This document shows positions 35,627 to 44,519 of a DNA stretch of 64,000 nucleotides, piece by piece. The translations under genes and the position numbers were made by a program. The DNA is from an uncultured Planctomycetia bacterium (GTDB lineage Bacteria; Omnitrophota; Gorgyraeia; JABMRG01; JAFGKX01): assembly GCA_964570585.1 (NCBI GenBank), contig CAZMYR010000006.1, forward strand, positions 1,636-65,635, written 5' to 3'. The first letter of the stretch is position 1. Each line of letters opens with the position of its first letter. The notes beneath the pieces were generated by a model, which was not told the origin of the DNA, made no database searches, and saw nothing but the letters and a program-made list of their open reading frames with translations.

Positions 35627-38311
35627 CTAAAGCATTTTTAGCATAGCATCTTTTATGCCAAGGGTGATTGCCTGATAATCATCCTCTGCTTTGAGCTGGT
35701 AGCCTTTTTCCAATAACGACTTTGGATCTAAGGGTTTGCCAAAATTTATCTGTATCGGATAAATGCCTGGAAAGGTTCTATTTCTGGGCCAGGCCTGAAA
35801 TGCCCCTTTTATTACTACAGGAACAAGAGGGATATTTAGCTCTTTAGAAAGTATTCCAACTCCTTTTTTAAATTTTTTCATCTTTCCATCAATAGGCCTT
35901 TCACCCTCCGGAAAGACACAAAGGCTCCTCTTATGCCTTAACACATAAGATGCTGCGCACATTGCAGGAAGAAGGTCTTTTGCTGTGTCTACTGGTATAA
36001 TCCTCCCTGCCTTTATTGTATTTTTTATTATTGGAACCTCAAAATACCCCCTGAACCCCATAAAATAAAGATTAAGTTCGCTCTTAAATGCAACTGACGC
36101 AGCTACTAAAAATGCATCATAATAACTAGTGTGGTTTACGCAAAGTATGTAAGGTCCATGCTCTGGTATGTTTTCCCTGCCGTACATTCTCAATTTATAA
36201 AAGACTCTAAAATAGGCATACATCAGCTTTACCACTAAAAATGTCAATATCTTTATATGAACCGCTGGAGCAATATCTATCTTGTTAAGTAACGCAACGG
36301 GCGGAAGCTTTTTAAGCAACTCTTCCCAAAATTTCTTTTCAGTAATAACTGCCTTTTCTAAAATTTCTTTAGAAGGAATCCGTTTTGTTAAATTATCTAC
36401 TCCTTCTACAACATCTTTTAATGTGAACCACCCTGCTGCTGTTTTTTGAGGTATAGTTATATTAAATGCTTCCTCAAGCATGCTCAATAACTCGATTCTA
36501 CCTAAAGAATCCAGTCCCAGCCCTAATTCAAGACTATCACCGGGTCGTATTTCGCCTTCAAATTTTCTCTCTGACTTCATATAATTAATAATCACTTTAA
36601 ATACAGGATGTTGCGTAACTATCCTTTCCCCTTCCGTCAGAGGCACTGGTTTTCTATATACTTTTACCTGATATAGCCTTTTGAAAATCTGTTGCGCTTT
36701 ATATCTTTTTATCTTTCCCATGCGGGTCTTTGGCAATTCCTCTAAACTTATCCGAAAGTCTGTTATTCTTGTATGAGGGGCTGTCGCCTTTGATAAGTCT
36801 TCTATCTTTCCGCGCACCACTCTATCAATATCTGTTTCTCCATAACGCTTAAATGTATCCATATTCGGAATTACCAGCGCAAATATACCTGTTTCTGATT
36901 TCCCAAACGCAGCAGGATCAAAAACACATATCTCTTTTATAAATTCAGACCTTTTATAATAGGCCTCGATATCTCCAGGATATATATTTTTGCCGGAACT
37001 TAGAACTATCAGTTCCTTTTTTCTTCCGGTAATAAAAACATAATCGTCTTCGTCCTTATAACCCAAATCTCCGGAATAAAACCAGCCTTCTCTTATTGCC
37101 TCCTTAGTCTGCTCCGGTTTTTTGTAATAGCCGGCCATAACATTTCCGCCTTTAATCAATATCTCTCCTATGCCAGAAGGTGAAGGTTTGTCTATCTTTA
37201 CCTCAACGCCGGGGACAGGGATACCGACAGAGCCGATTTTGGGTTTGCTTATAGGATTAAAAGTTACAACAGGCGAAGTTTCGGTCAATCCATAGCCTTC
37301 TAATATTTTAAAACCTAATTTAAAAAGTCCTTTTGCAACAACCGGGTCGAGTCTTGCGCCACCGGATGCAAAAAATCTTAAATTTTCGCCAAATGCGCTA
37401 TGTACTTTTTTAAATAATAATTTCGATAAATTCAGTCCTGTCTTTTTGCGTAATAGCCAAAGTAGCTCCGATAAAACATTTATAGGCGCCCGCAATAATA
37501 TATTGACGGAATTTATCTTTTGAAATATCTTTTTATATATCATAGCAAAAAACTCAGGCACACCTATTAATATAGTGGCGTTGTTGTCTTTTATTGAACT
37601 GAGCAAATCTTCCCCTTTAAGCGATGGAGAAAATATTATTGTAGCGCCTGTTAAAAGCGGCAAAACTAAGTTAACCATAAATGGATAGGAATGAAAGAGC
37701 GGCAGGCAACAGACCATTCTATCTTTCTCTGTGCATAGGCCTGTTAAGTTTATAGAATCAAAATCTGAAATAAAATTTTTGTGGGTAAGGATAACACCTT
37801 TAGCAGCCGCAGTTGTGCCCGAGGTGTAGAGTAAGGATGCAATATCTGTAAAAAGGGGACTGTCCCAATTTTGCCTTTCTGTCCCTGTCAGCAAAACTTG
37901 GGCCCGTCCCCTTTTTACTCGGAGTCTTTTCAAATCCAGCGGTTCTATAGCGGGCCTTAACCTATCAAAAAAATCATCTGATATAAACACTCCGTAGGCA
38001 TCACTATCGATTAATATGTTTTTTATATTTTCAGATGAGTCCTGAACATCAATAGGGACAGCGATGCATCCTGCATAGATAATAGAAAAATATGCAATTG
38101 CCCATTCCGGGGAATTTCCCAGAATAATTGCGATTTTAGATTTACTAACTATGCTATTCCGGACAATATAATTTGCTGTAGATTTTATTCTTTTATAAAA
38201 GTCAGCGTACGATAGGCTATTCCATTTTGTACCATCAAAATATATAATGGCCTTTTTATCAGGTAAACGCTTAACTATTTTCTCCAACCGAGAATCCAAT
38301 GTATCAACCAT
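35627..38311 (-). CDS. Fusion protein: AMP-dependent acyl-CoA/acyl-ACP synthetase, then phosphopantetheine-carrier domain, then lysophospholipid (1-acylglycerol-3-phosphate) acyltransferase
   Basis: AMP-binding motifs LYTSGTTAAAKGV, YGLTE, GDLGYKDEDDYVFITGRKKE; carrier motif GLDSLGRIELLSMLEE; acyltransferase HX4D (CVNHTSYYDAFL) and VFPEGERP. TGATG overlap with the upstream oxidase gene. Confidence 0.7.
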   Translation of the reverse strand: MVDTLDSRLEKIVKRLPDKKAIIYFDGTKWNSLSYADFYKRIKSTANYIVRNSIVSKSKIAIILGNSPEWAIAYFSIIYAGCIAVPIDVQDSSENIKNILIDSDAYGVFISDDFFDRLRPAIEPLDLKRLRVKRGRAQVLLTGTERQNWDSPLFTDIASLLYTSGTTAAAKGVILTHKNFISDFDSINLTGLCTEKDRMVCCLPLFHSYPFMVNLVLPLLTGATIIFSPSLKGEDLLSSIKDNNATILIGVPEFFAMIYKKIFQKINSVNILLRAPINVLSELLWLLRKKTGLNLSKLLFKKVHSAFGENLRFFASGGARLDPVVAKGLFKLGFKILEGYGLTETSPVVTFNPISKPKIGSVGIPVPGVEVKIDKPSPSGIGEILIKGGNVMAGYYKKPEQTKEAIREGWFYSGDLGYKDEDDYVFITGRKKELIVLSSGKNIYPGDIEAYYKRSEFIKEICVFDPAAFGKSETGIFALVIPNMDTFKRYGETDIDRVVRGKIEDLSKATAPHTRITDFRISLEELPKTRMGKIKRYKAQQIFKRLYQVKVYRKPVPLTEGERIVTQHPVFKVIINYMKSERKFEGEIRPGDSLELGLGLDSLGRIELLSMLEEAFNITIPQKTAAGWFTLKDVVEGVDNLTKRIPSKEILEKAVITEKKFWEELLKKLPPVALLNKIDIAPAVHIKILTFLVVKLMYAYFRVFYKLRMYGRENIPEHGPYILCVNHTSYYDAFLVAASVAFKSELNLYFMGFRGYFEVPIIKNTIKAGRIIPVDTAKDLLPAMCAASYVLRHKRSLCVFPEGERPIDGKMKKFKKGVGILSKELNIPLVPVVIKGAFQAWPRNRTFPGIYPIQINFGKPLDPKSLLEKGYQLKAEDDYQAITLGIKDAMLKML

Positions 38312-39771
38312 CAGGCTAATAGCTCCTTCGGAAAAATATTATCCAGGCCCAATATGCACGCGGGGTCTAAGGCCTTTTTCAGGTTTACCATTTCAGCAAT
38401 TCCCTCTTCGCCATACATAAGCTTAAGATAATCATGCTTTATTTTACCTATGCCATGCTCGGCAGTGATAGTACCTCCTAAGATAATAGCCTTTTTAACA
38501 AATCGCATATAAATATCTCTGGCTTTATTTTGCTCTGCTTCGTCTTTGGGCAACATATTTACATGAAGGTGGCTATTGCCTATATGGCCGAATATAAGAT
38601 AATCTATTCCGGAATTCGCAAGATTTGTTTTATAAAATGAAAGCATCTCATCTAATTTCTCATCGGAAACTGCAATATCTGTGCCGACTTTAATCCGGTC
38701 TCCTCTTTTTATAATCTCATTTACAGTATCCGGCACATCATGCCTGAAATCATGAAATCTGTCTCTTTCCTTCTTTGTCTGGCCAAACCAGGTTTTATCT
38801 AAATTGACTTTATGTTTTTCCATCAAAGATGTCCAATCTGTGATTAATTTATCTTCATTATCTTCGGTTGTAATCTGCTCGAAAAAGCACGCTGTCTTAA
38901 TATCTTTTGGAATTTCGGGATGTTTGCTACGTATAAGATTTAATGAATTTTCATCAAAATATTCTAACGACATAGCGTCCATGGCCTTTCTTGCCTCATA
39001 TATAAATTGTAAGCAATCTTCATCATTTGCAAAAAAGGCATAACAATCAAATATGCCGTCGGGTTTATTTAAAAGATTTAATTCAACTTCGGTTATAACA
39101 CCTAATGTTCCATCTTGTCCGATAAATAAATCTATCGCATCCATTCCTGGTTTTGAGTAATAGCCGGCAGCATTTTTTGTATTGGGCATTTTGTATGTAG
39201 GGATATCCACCTTTATACTTTTATCTGATGCAAGCGGTATTTCTAAAATATTATCTTTACCTGCGAAAATTTTGCCTCTTTTAATATCTACAATATCTCC
39301 TGAAGATAGAATTATCCTTAATCTTCTAACATAATCCCTGACCGTTCCAAATTTAAAGGTCCTGGCCCCTGATGCGCCCGTAGCAACATTGGCGCCGATA
39401 AAGGCGCTCTTTTCTGTAGGGTCAGGCGGATAAAATAAATCCTTTTTTTCTACTTCGTTTAAGAAATCCTCTAAAGGAACTCCCGCCTGAATAACTGCTT
39501 TTCCTCTCGCGCCATGCTTTTCTATAGATATTATCTTATTCAGCTTTTCAAGAGAAAGCACAATCCCGCCAAATGGTATACGTCCGCCTGCAACGCCCGT
39601 ACCCGCTCCTGATATTGTAACCGGGGTTTTCTTCCGGCTGGCTTCTTTTAGTAAATTTATAATTTCAGATTCTGTCTCAGGAATTGCTACTGCTTCTGCA
39701 AAACCGCCTTTGAGGTTGGAATAGTCTTCCAGATATGAAGTTATTATATCTTTGTCGGTTTTGATAAGCAT
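38311..39771 (-). CDS. FAD-linked oxidase (PCMH-type FAD-binding; GlcD / D-lactate dehydrogenase / alkyl-DHAP-synthase superfamily)
   Basis: PVTISGAGTGVAGG...; C-terminal AEHGIGKIKHDYL. Confidence 0.75.
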   Translation of the reverse strand: MLIKTDKDIITSYLEDYSNLKGGFAEAVAIPETESEIINLLKEASRKKTPVTISGAGTGVAGGRIPFGGIVLSLEKLNKIISIEKHGARGKAVIQAGVPLEDFLNEVEKKDLFYPPDPTEKSAFIGANVATGASGARTFKFGTVRDYVRRLRIILSSGDIVDIKRGKIFAGKDNILEIPLASDKSIKVDIPTYKMPNTKNAAGYYSKPGMDAIDLFIGQDGTLGVITEVELNLLNKPDGIFDCYAFFANDEDCLQFIYEARKAMDAMSLEYFDENSLNLIRSKHPEIPKDIKTACFFEQITTEDNEDKLITDWTSLMEKHKVNLDKTWFGQTKKERDRFHDFRHDVPDTVNEIIKRGDRIKVGTDIAVSDEKLDEMLSFYKTNLANSGIDYLIFGHIGNSHLHVNMLPKDEAEQNKARDIYMRFVKKAIILGGTITAEHGIGKIKHDYLKLMYGEEGIAEMVNLKKALDPACILGLDNIFPKELLA

Positions 39772-39829
39772 GGTATGGATATAATAATATACAAGTCATC
39801 TTTTTTCAACATAAAATACGTCTAACCGA

Positions 39830-40190
39830 CAGTGTGACTTTTTTGCATGCCAAGCCGGAGCGACTGTCAAAAATTGCGAAAACAAAGGCAAGAAGTGAGC
39901 AATTTTCGCCACAGCGAGCAAAAAGTGCCCTCCGCCGAAGGCGAAGGATTCTTTTTGCGAGCGGCAAGCGAAGGCTGCATGCAAAATAGTCAAAAAAAAG
40001 GGCCCATCGGCAAAAGAGAAAAACCAACAGGCCCCTCTCGGTGGGCTTATGTAATTCAAGCAAGTGCAAATATTACCACATCATGCAAAAAAATGCAAGA
40101 AAAATCTTAAAATTTTTTGGTCTTTCGCAGTGCCCCGTAGCTTATACCATAATCAGCACTTCTAAAGCGAAGGGGTAGGAGAACTTTTTT
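39830..40190. other. GC-rich structured intergenic island with internal inverted repeats and GCGAAG words; candidate ncRNA / leader or decayed repeat. No protein call.
   Basis: ttttgcatgccaagccggagcgactgtc...gcgaaggattctttttgcgagcggcaagcgaaggctgcatgcaaaa. A cgccUUCGgcgg tetraloop hairpin lies on the minus strand. The 87-aa ORFs on both strands are mutually overlapping (non-coding signature). Confidence 0.45.
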
Positions 40191-40197
40191 AACTTTT

Positions 40198-40488
40198 TTA
40201 GGTTATCTCTTCTAAATTCCAGGTAAAGGCCTTAATTCCTTCCTTGCCCAATCTTTTTCTTAATTCCTTAATATAAGATATAAGCTTTTCTACTTTTCCT
40301 TCTTTTTCTGCTATAAACAAAACTGCGTTTTCACCAGGCCAAATCTCTGAAGCCATGTGAGGGCCGCTGGCTTTTCCTTTACCCTGAACCTGTGTCCATC
40401 TGGTATAATTTTCAATACCGCATTTTTCCAATATTTCCATTACCTCGCTATTTATAGCACTGTTATAAGAAACCATTGCCATCTTCAT
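40198..40488 (-). CDS. Small PII-like (beta-alpha-beta-beta-alpha-beta) protein at the end of the RND efflux operon
   Basis: KMAMVSYNSAINSEVMEILEKCGIENYTRWTQVQGKG...ENAVLFIAEKEGKVEKLISYIKEL. Confidence 0.35.
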   Translation of the reverse strand: MKMAMVSYNSAINSEVMEILEKCGIENYTRWTQVQGKGKASGPHMASEIWPGENAVLFIAEKEGKVEKLISYIKELRKRLGKEGIKAFTWNLEEIT

Positions 40489-40491
40489 CTT

Positions 40492-43400
40492 TTAAACCTT
40501 CCTTGCCTTTTCTTCAAAAATAGAATACAGCGTCGGGACGAATATCAGCGTAATAAGCGTAGAAACCAGCAAACCACCGATAACTGTAAGGCCCAGAGTA
40601 ACCCATTCTTCAGAGCCTTCACCTCTCGAAAGAGCCAGGGGTAGGAGTCCAAAAACGGTAGTAAGAGTTGTCATAAGAACTGGCTTTAAACGCGCTCTAC
40701 CGCCTTCAATAACGGCATCTCTTACTCCTAAACCTCTTGCGCGTAATATATTAATATAGCTGATAAGAACAATGGCATTATTTACAACAATCCCGACAAT
40801 CATAATAAGGCCTATGAACGAATCTACATTAAAAGTCTGCCTAAAGATTATATGCACCAATACCACCCCGACCATACCAAATGGTATAGAAAATAGTATT
40901 ATAAAAGGGTCTCTGAAAGACTCAAATTGTGAAGCCATAACCATATAAACTAAAATCATACCTAAAATAAGGGCTATGGTCAAAAGCCTGAACGCTTCCT
41001 GTTGTTCTTCTCTTTCTCCGCCAAAATCCATAAAAAAATCTTCAGGCATTTTAATCTTAGAAAGCCTCATCTTTGCCTCTCCAACTGCGCTTCCTAAATC
41101 CCTACCGGAAAGATTGGCTGTTACTCGTATAACCCTTTCCTGGTTCTTTCTTTCTATGCTGACAGGGCCGGATTTTTCTATTATCTCTGCAACGCTGGTA
41201 AGGCGAATCTGTTTTCCTGTCGGTGAAGTTATAAAACTATTTTCAAGGTCAGATATATGTTTTCTATCCTCTTCTCGCAATCTAACAAAGATGTCATATT
41301 CTTTCCCTTTCTCTCTATACTTGGTAGCTTTTTCTCCGCTAAAAAAAACTTCAATAGTATTTCCAATGTCAGAAATATTTAAGCCCAGATGGGATGCCTT
41401 GTCTCTATCTACCCTTATCTGCAATTCCGGTTTGCCCATCTTTCTTGAAATCTCTACATCAACTAGGCCTTTTATCTCTCTCAATTCATCTGCTATCTCT
41501 TTAGACAAAGCCATCCCTGTATCCATATCATGTCCGTATATCTCTATAACAAAAGGTTTGCCTTCTGCAAAAAACATACCTGCTAAAGGGTCTTCTGTAT
41601 TATATCTGACCTTTGCTCCTGGATATTTCGTTGTAAGCGGCCTTAATTCATCAACAATTCTTTTTGCCAATCTTTTTCGTTGTTCTTTAGGAACAAGCCT
41701 TACCCCTATCATGCCTACATTTGACCCTTCCTGCCCGAATGCCACACTTCCCATGCCAATAGCGCCATAACCCCATCTGGCAAACATAACTGTCTTCTCC
41801 GGAATTTCTTTAGTAACTATATCTTCTATTGAACGCATTACCTTGCCTGTTTCTTCAAATCTTGTTCCTACCGGAAGCTCGACTGTTCCCCGAAACATAT
41901 TGGAGTCAGTCTCTGGCGTAAACCTTGTGCCTATCAAGGGTAAAAATAATAAACTAAAACATAATATTAAAAGGCCACCTATTATTACTCTCTTTCTATG
42001 GGAAAGTGACCAGCTTAAAAGATTTTTATAAGTTGAATCTAATTTATTAAGCCATTTCCCACTCTGAATATAAAATTTATTAATAATTTTTTTGCCTTTA
42101 TCTTCTTCTTTCTCCAAACGTAAAAATTTTGCGCTTAGCATAGGAATCAAGGTTAATGCTGTAAAAAGAGAGATTAAAAGCGCCAGGCATATTACAAAGG
42201 CCATCTCTTTAAACATAATACCTGTAATCCCTCCAATGAAAACTATCGGGAGAAATATAGCAATTGTAGTAAGTGTTGAAGCAGTGATTGCCTTTCCTAC
42301 CTCAGAAGCGCCAAAGATTGCCGCCTCTTCAGCTCTTTCTTTCTTTTCTCTATGGCGATGGATATTATCCAAAACTACGATTGCTGCATCTACCACCATT
42401 CCCATAGCAATAGCAAGGCTTGAAACCGATATTATATTTAATGTATAACCTCCCATATAAAGGAGGAAAAAGGTAATTATTAATGATGTAGGAATGGAAC
42501 AGGCAACAATAATCCCTGCCCTTAAATTACGCAGGAAGAAAAATATAATTAATATAACTAAAATTCCGCCAAAATATAATGCATTGCTTAAATTACCAAT
42601 GGACCCTTTAATAAAATCGGAGAGGTCTCTTGCCACAACGATATTTACATCAGGGGGCAAGTTTTTCTTTAACTCCTCTAATTTCCTAAACACCCTTTCT
42701 GCAACAGCAACTGTATTTGCTCCGGATTGCTTCTGGATTATAACTATAAGGCCGGGCTTTTTATTTACCCTGACCTCTTGAGTCTTTTCTCTAAAGGCAT
42801 CTTTTACGGTAGCAACATCCTTAATATAAACAGCAGCGCCATCTTTAGTAGTGGCCAGGACTATCTTCCCTATCTCATCTACTTCAATCTCTTCCGGGGT
42901 GCGGATAAGATATTCCTTAATCCCTGTCTTTATATGGCCTCCCGGGATATCTAAGTTTTCTTTTCTTAAAGCATCCAGCACCTGATTTACTGATAAATTA
43001 TAGGCCTCTAAGCGAGAGCGGTCTAATTCAACCAGAATTTGCCTCTCTAGCCCGCCATGCATAGAAGCTGCGGCAACTCCGGGAACGGTCTTTAACGGGT
43101 CACAAATTCTATCATCGATTAAATCATAAAGTATAGGATAACTTTCTTCGGCAGTAACTGCTAAAACAAGGATGGGCATCATAGAAAGGTCAAATTTTAA
43201 TACCCTGGGCCTGTCCACATCATCGGGTAACTGTCTCATTGATAAATCCACTACATCTCTTACATCATTGGCTGCCTCAGCTAAATCTGTACCCCAATCA
43301 AACTTAAGCCTTACCGACGAAGCGCCTTCTGCAGAACCGGATTCAATCCTATCTAAATCTTTAACCGTAGCAAGTCTATCTTCCAGGATTTTGGTTATTG

Positions 43401-43584
43401 TAGATTCTACCTCCTCAGGGCCTGCTCCTTGATAGGCAGTTGAAACTGATATGGTGGGTATCTCTATCTCCGGCATAAGGTCAAGGCCGAGTCTTGACAG
43501 AGAAACCAAACCCAGGACTACCATGGCTACAAAAATCATGGTCGTAGTTACAGGATATCTTACACCAAGTTGCGGAAGCCTCAT
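40492..43584 (-). CDS. RND-superfamily efflux permease (AcrB/CzcA-like, 12 TM, two large periplasmic loops)
   Basis: 1030 aa; N-terminal MRLPQLGVRYPVTTTMIFVAMVVLGLVS; typical duplicated TM/porter architecture. Confidence 0.9.
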   Translation of the reverse strand: MRLPQLGVRYPVTTTMIFVAMVVLGLVSLSRLGLDLMPEIEIPTISVSTAYQGAGPEEVESTITKILEDRLATVKDLDRIESGSAEGASSVRLKFDWGTDLAEAANDVRDVVDLSMRQLPDDVDRPRVLKFDLSMMPILVLAVTAEESYPILYDLIDDRICDPLKTVPGVAAASMHGGLERQILVELDRSRLEAYNLSVNQVLDALRKENLDIPGGHIKTGIKEYLIRTPEEIEVDEIGKIVLATTKDGAAVYIKDVATVKDAFREKTQEVRVNKKPGLIVIIQKQSGANTVAVAERVFRKLEELKKNLPPDVNIVVARDLSDFIKGSIGNLSNALYFGGILVILIIFFFLRNLRAGIIVACSIPTSLIITFFLLYMGGYTLNIISVSSLAIAMGMVVDAAIVVLDNIHRHREKKERAEEAAIFGASEVGKAITASTLTTIAIFLPIVFIGGITGIMFKEMAFVICLALLISLFTALTLIPMLSAKFLRLEKEEDKGKKIINKFYIQSGKWLNKLDSTYKNLLSWSLSHRKRVIIGGLLILCFSLLFLPLIGTRFTPETDSNMFRGTVELPVGTRFEETGKVMRSIEDIVTKEIPEKTVMFARWGYGAIGMGSVAFGQEGSNVGMIGVRLVPKEQRKRLAKRIVDELRPLTTKYPGAKVRYNTEDPLAGMFFAEGKPFVIEIYGHDMDTGMALSKEIADELREIKGLVDVEISRKMGKPELQIRVDRDKASHLGLNISDIGNTIEVFFSGEKATKYREKGKEYDIFVRLREEDRKHISDLENSFITSPTGKQIRLTSVAEIIEKSGPVSIERKNQERVIRVTANLSGRDLGSAVGEAKMRLSKIKMPEDFFMDFGGEREEQQEAFRLLTIALILGMILVYMVMASQFESFRDPFIILFSIPFGMVGVVLVHIIFRQTFNVDSFIGLIMIVGIVVNNAIVLISYINILRARGLGVRDAVIEGGRARLKPVLMTTLTTVFGLLPLALSRGEGSEEWVTLGLTVIGGLLVSTLITLIFVPTLYSIFEEKARKV

Positions 43585-44519
43585 TTTATAACCTCGACTA
43601 AATCGCCTTCTTTAAGGCGAATCTTTCCCATCGTAACTACAAATTCACCTTCATTAAGCCCGCTTATCACCTCAAATTTATTATTTTCGTGAAGCCCTAA
43701 TTCTATTTTTCGCTGGTGCACCTTGTTGTCGCCCTTAACTACAAAGACATAATTTGAACTGTTTACCTTTACTATTGCATCTCTCGGTATAATTAATGCG
43801 CCCTTTTTCTCTTTTACTAATAAATTTATCCTGGCAAACATGCCGGGCTTGAGTCTATGTTCAGGGTTTGGAATTTCTATCTCAACCAGAGCTGTTCGGG
43901 AAGTTAAATCTACTACCGGGCTCACTCTCTCTACTACACCACCAAACGTTTCTTCGGGATAGGCATCTACCTCAATTTGAGATATCTGCCCCTCTCTTAT
44001 TTTGGGCAAGTCTCTTTCTACGACATTTATCTTTACTTTCACTGTATCCATGTTAACCACTAAACCTACAGGTTCTTGAGGTGAAACACTCGCGCCTATA
44101 TCAACATAAACCATGCCTACAACGCCATCGATTGGCGACTCCACAGGCGCCTTCTCAAATTGAAAGCCTATTTCATCTCTATCGATATAAGCTAAACAAT
44201 CGCCCTTTTTTATCGAATCCCCTTCTTTAGCAAGTTTCTCTATAATTTTGCCGGTTACTTTAGGATAAACTATTGCTTCATCTTTGGCCCTTACATCGCC
44301 GACATAAAATAAAGTTTCTTTTAAACTGCCGCGCTTCACTTCTACCGCACTCACCGGTAGCTTAGTTACCATTTCCCGGGGAGCTCTTCTACCACAGCCT
44401 GTTAATAAAATGCAAAATGCAAATATCAAAATGAAAAATGACAATGCAAAATTCAAAAATTTTGATTTTTGATATGTGATTTTGATTTTTGGTTTTTGGT
44501 TTTTGATTTTTTTCATCAT
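43581..44519 (-). CDS. RND efflux periplasmic adaptor (membrane-fusion protein, HlyD/AcrA-like) lipoprotein
   Basis: Lipobox LLTGCG; biotinyl/lipoyl-like hairpin and beta-barrel segments. The first ~37 codons lie in a word-palindrome (44407-44513), so the start is uncertain. Confidence 0.8.
   Translation of the reverse strand: MMKKIKNQKPKIKITYQKSKFLNFALSFFILIFAFCILLTGCGRRAPREMVTKLPVSAVEVKRGSLKETLFYVGDVRAKDEAIVYPKVTGKIIEKLAKEGDSIKKGDCLAYIDRDEIGFQFEKAPVESPIDGVVGMVYVDIGASVSPQEPVGLVVNMDTVKVKINVVERDLPKIREGQISQIEVDAYPEETFGGVVERVSPVVDLTSRTALVEIEIPNPEHRLKPGMFARINLLVKEKKGALIIPRDAIVKVNSSNYVFVVKGDNKVHQRKIELGLHENNKFEVISGLNEGEFVVTMGKIRLKEGDLVEVIK
44407..44513. repeat. Word-palindrome (CAAAAT / ATTTTG words) overlapping the 5' coding end of the adaptor gene
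   Basis: aaaatgcaaaatgcaaatatcaaaatgaaaaatgacaatgcaaaattcaaaaatt ttgatttttgatatgtgattttgatttttggtttttggtttttgattttttt. Confidence 0.65.

Noticed and set aside
39796-40110. Three mutually overlapping 87-aa ORFs on both strands
   Set aside because: Mutually overlapping frames in a GC-rich repeat-like spacer. No RBS, no plausible protein features. Interpreted as non-coding.
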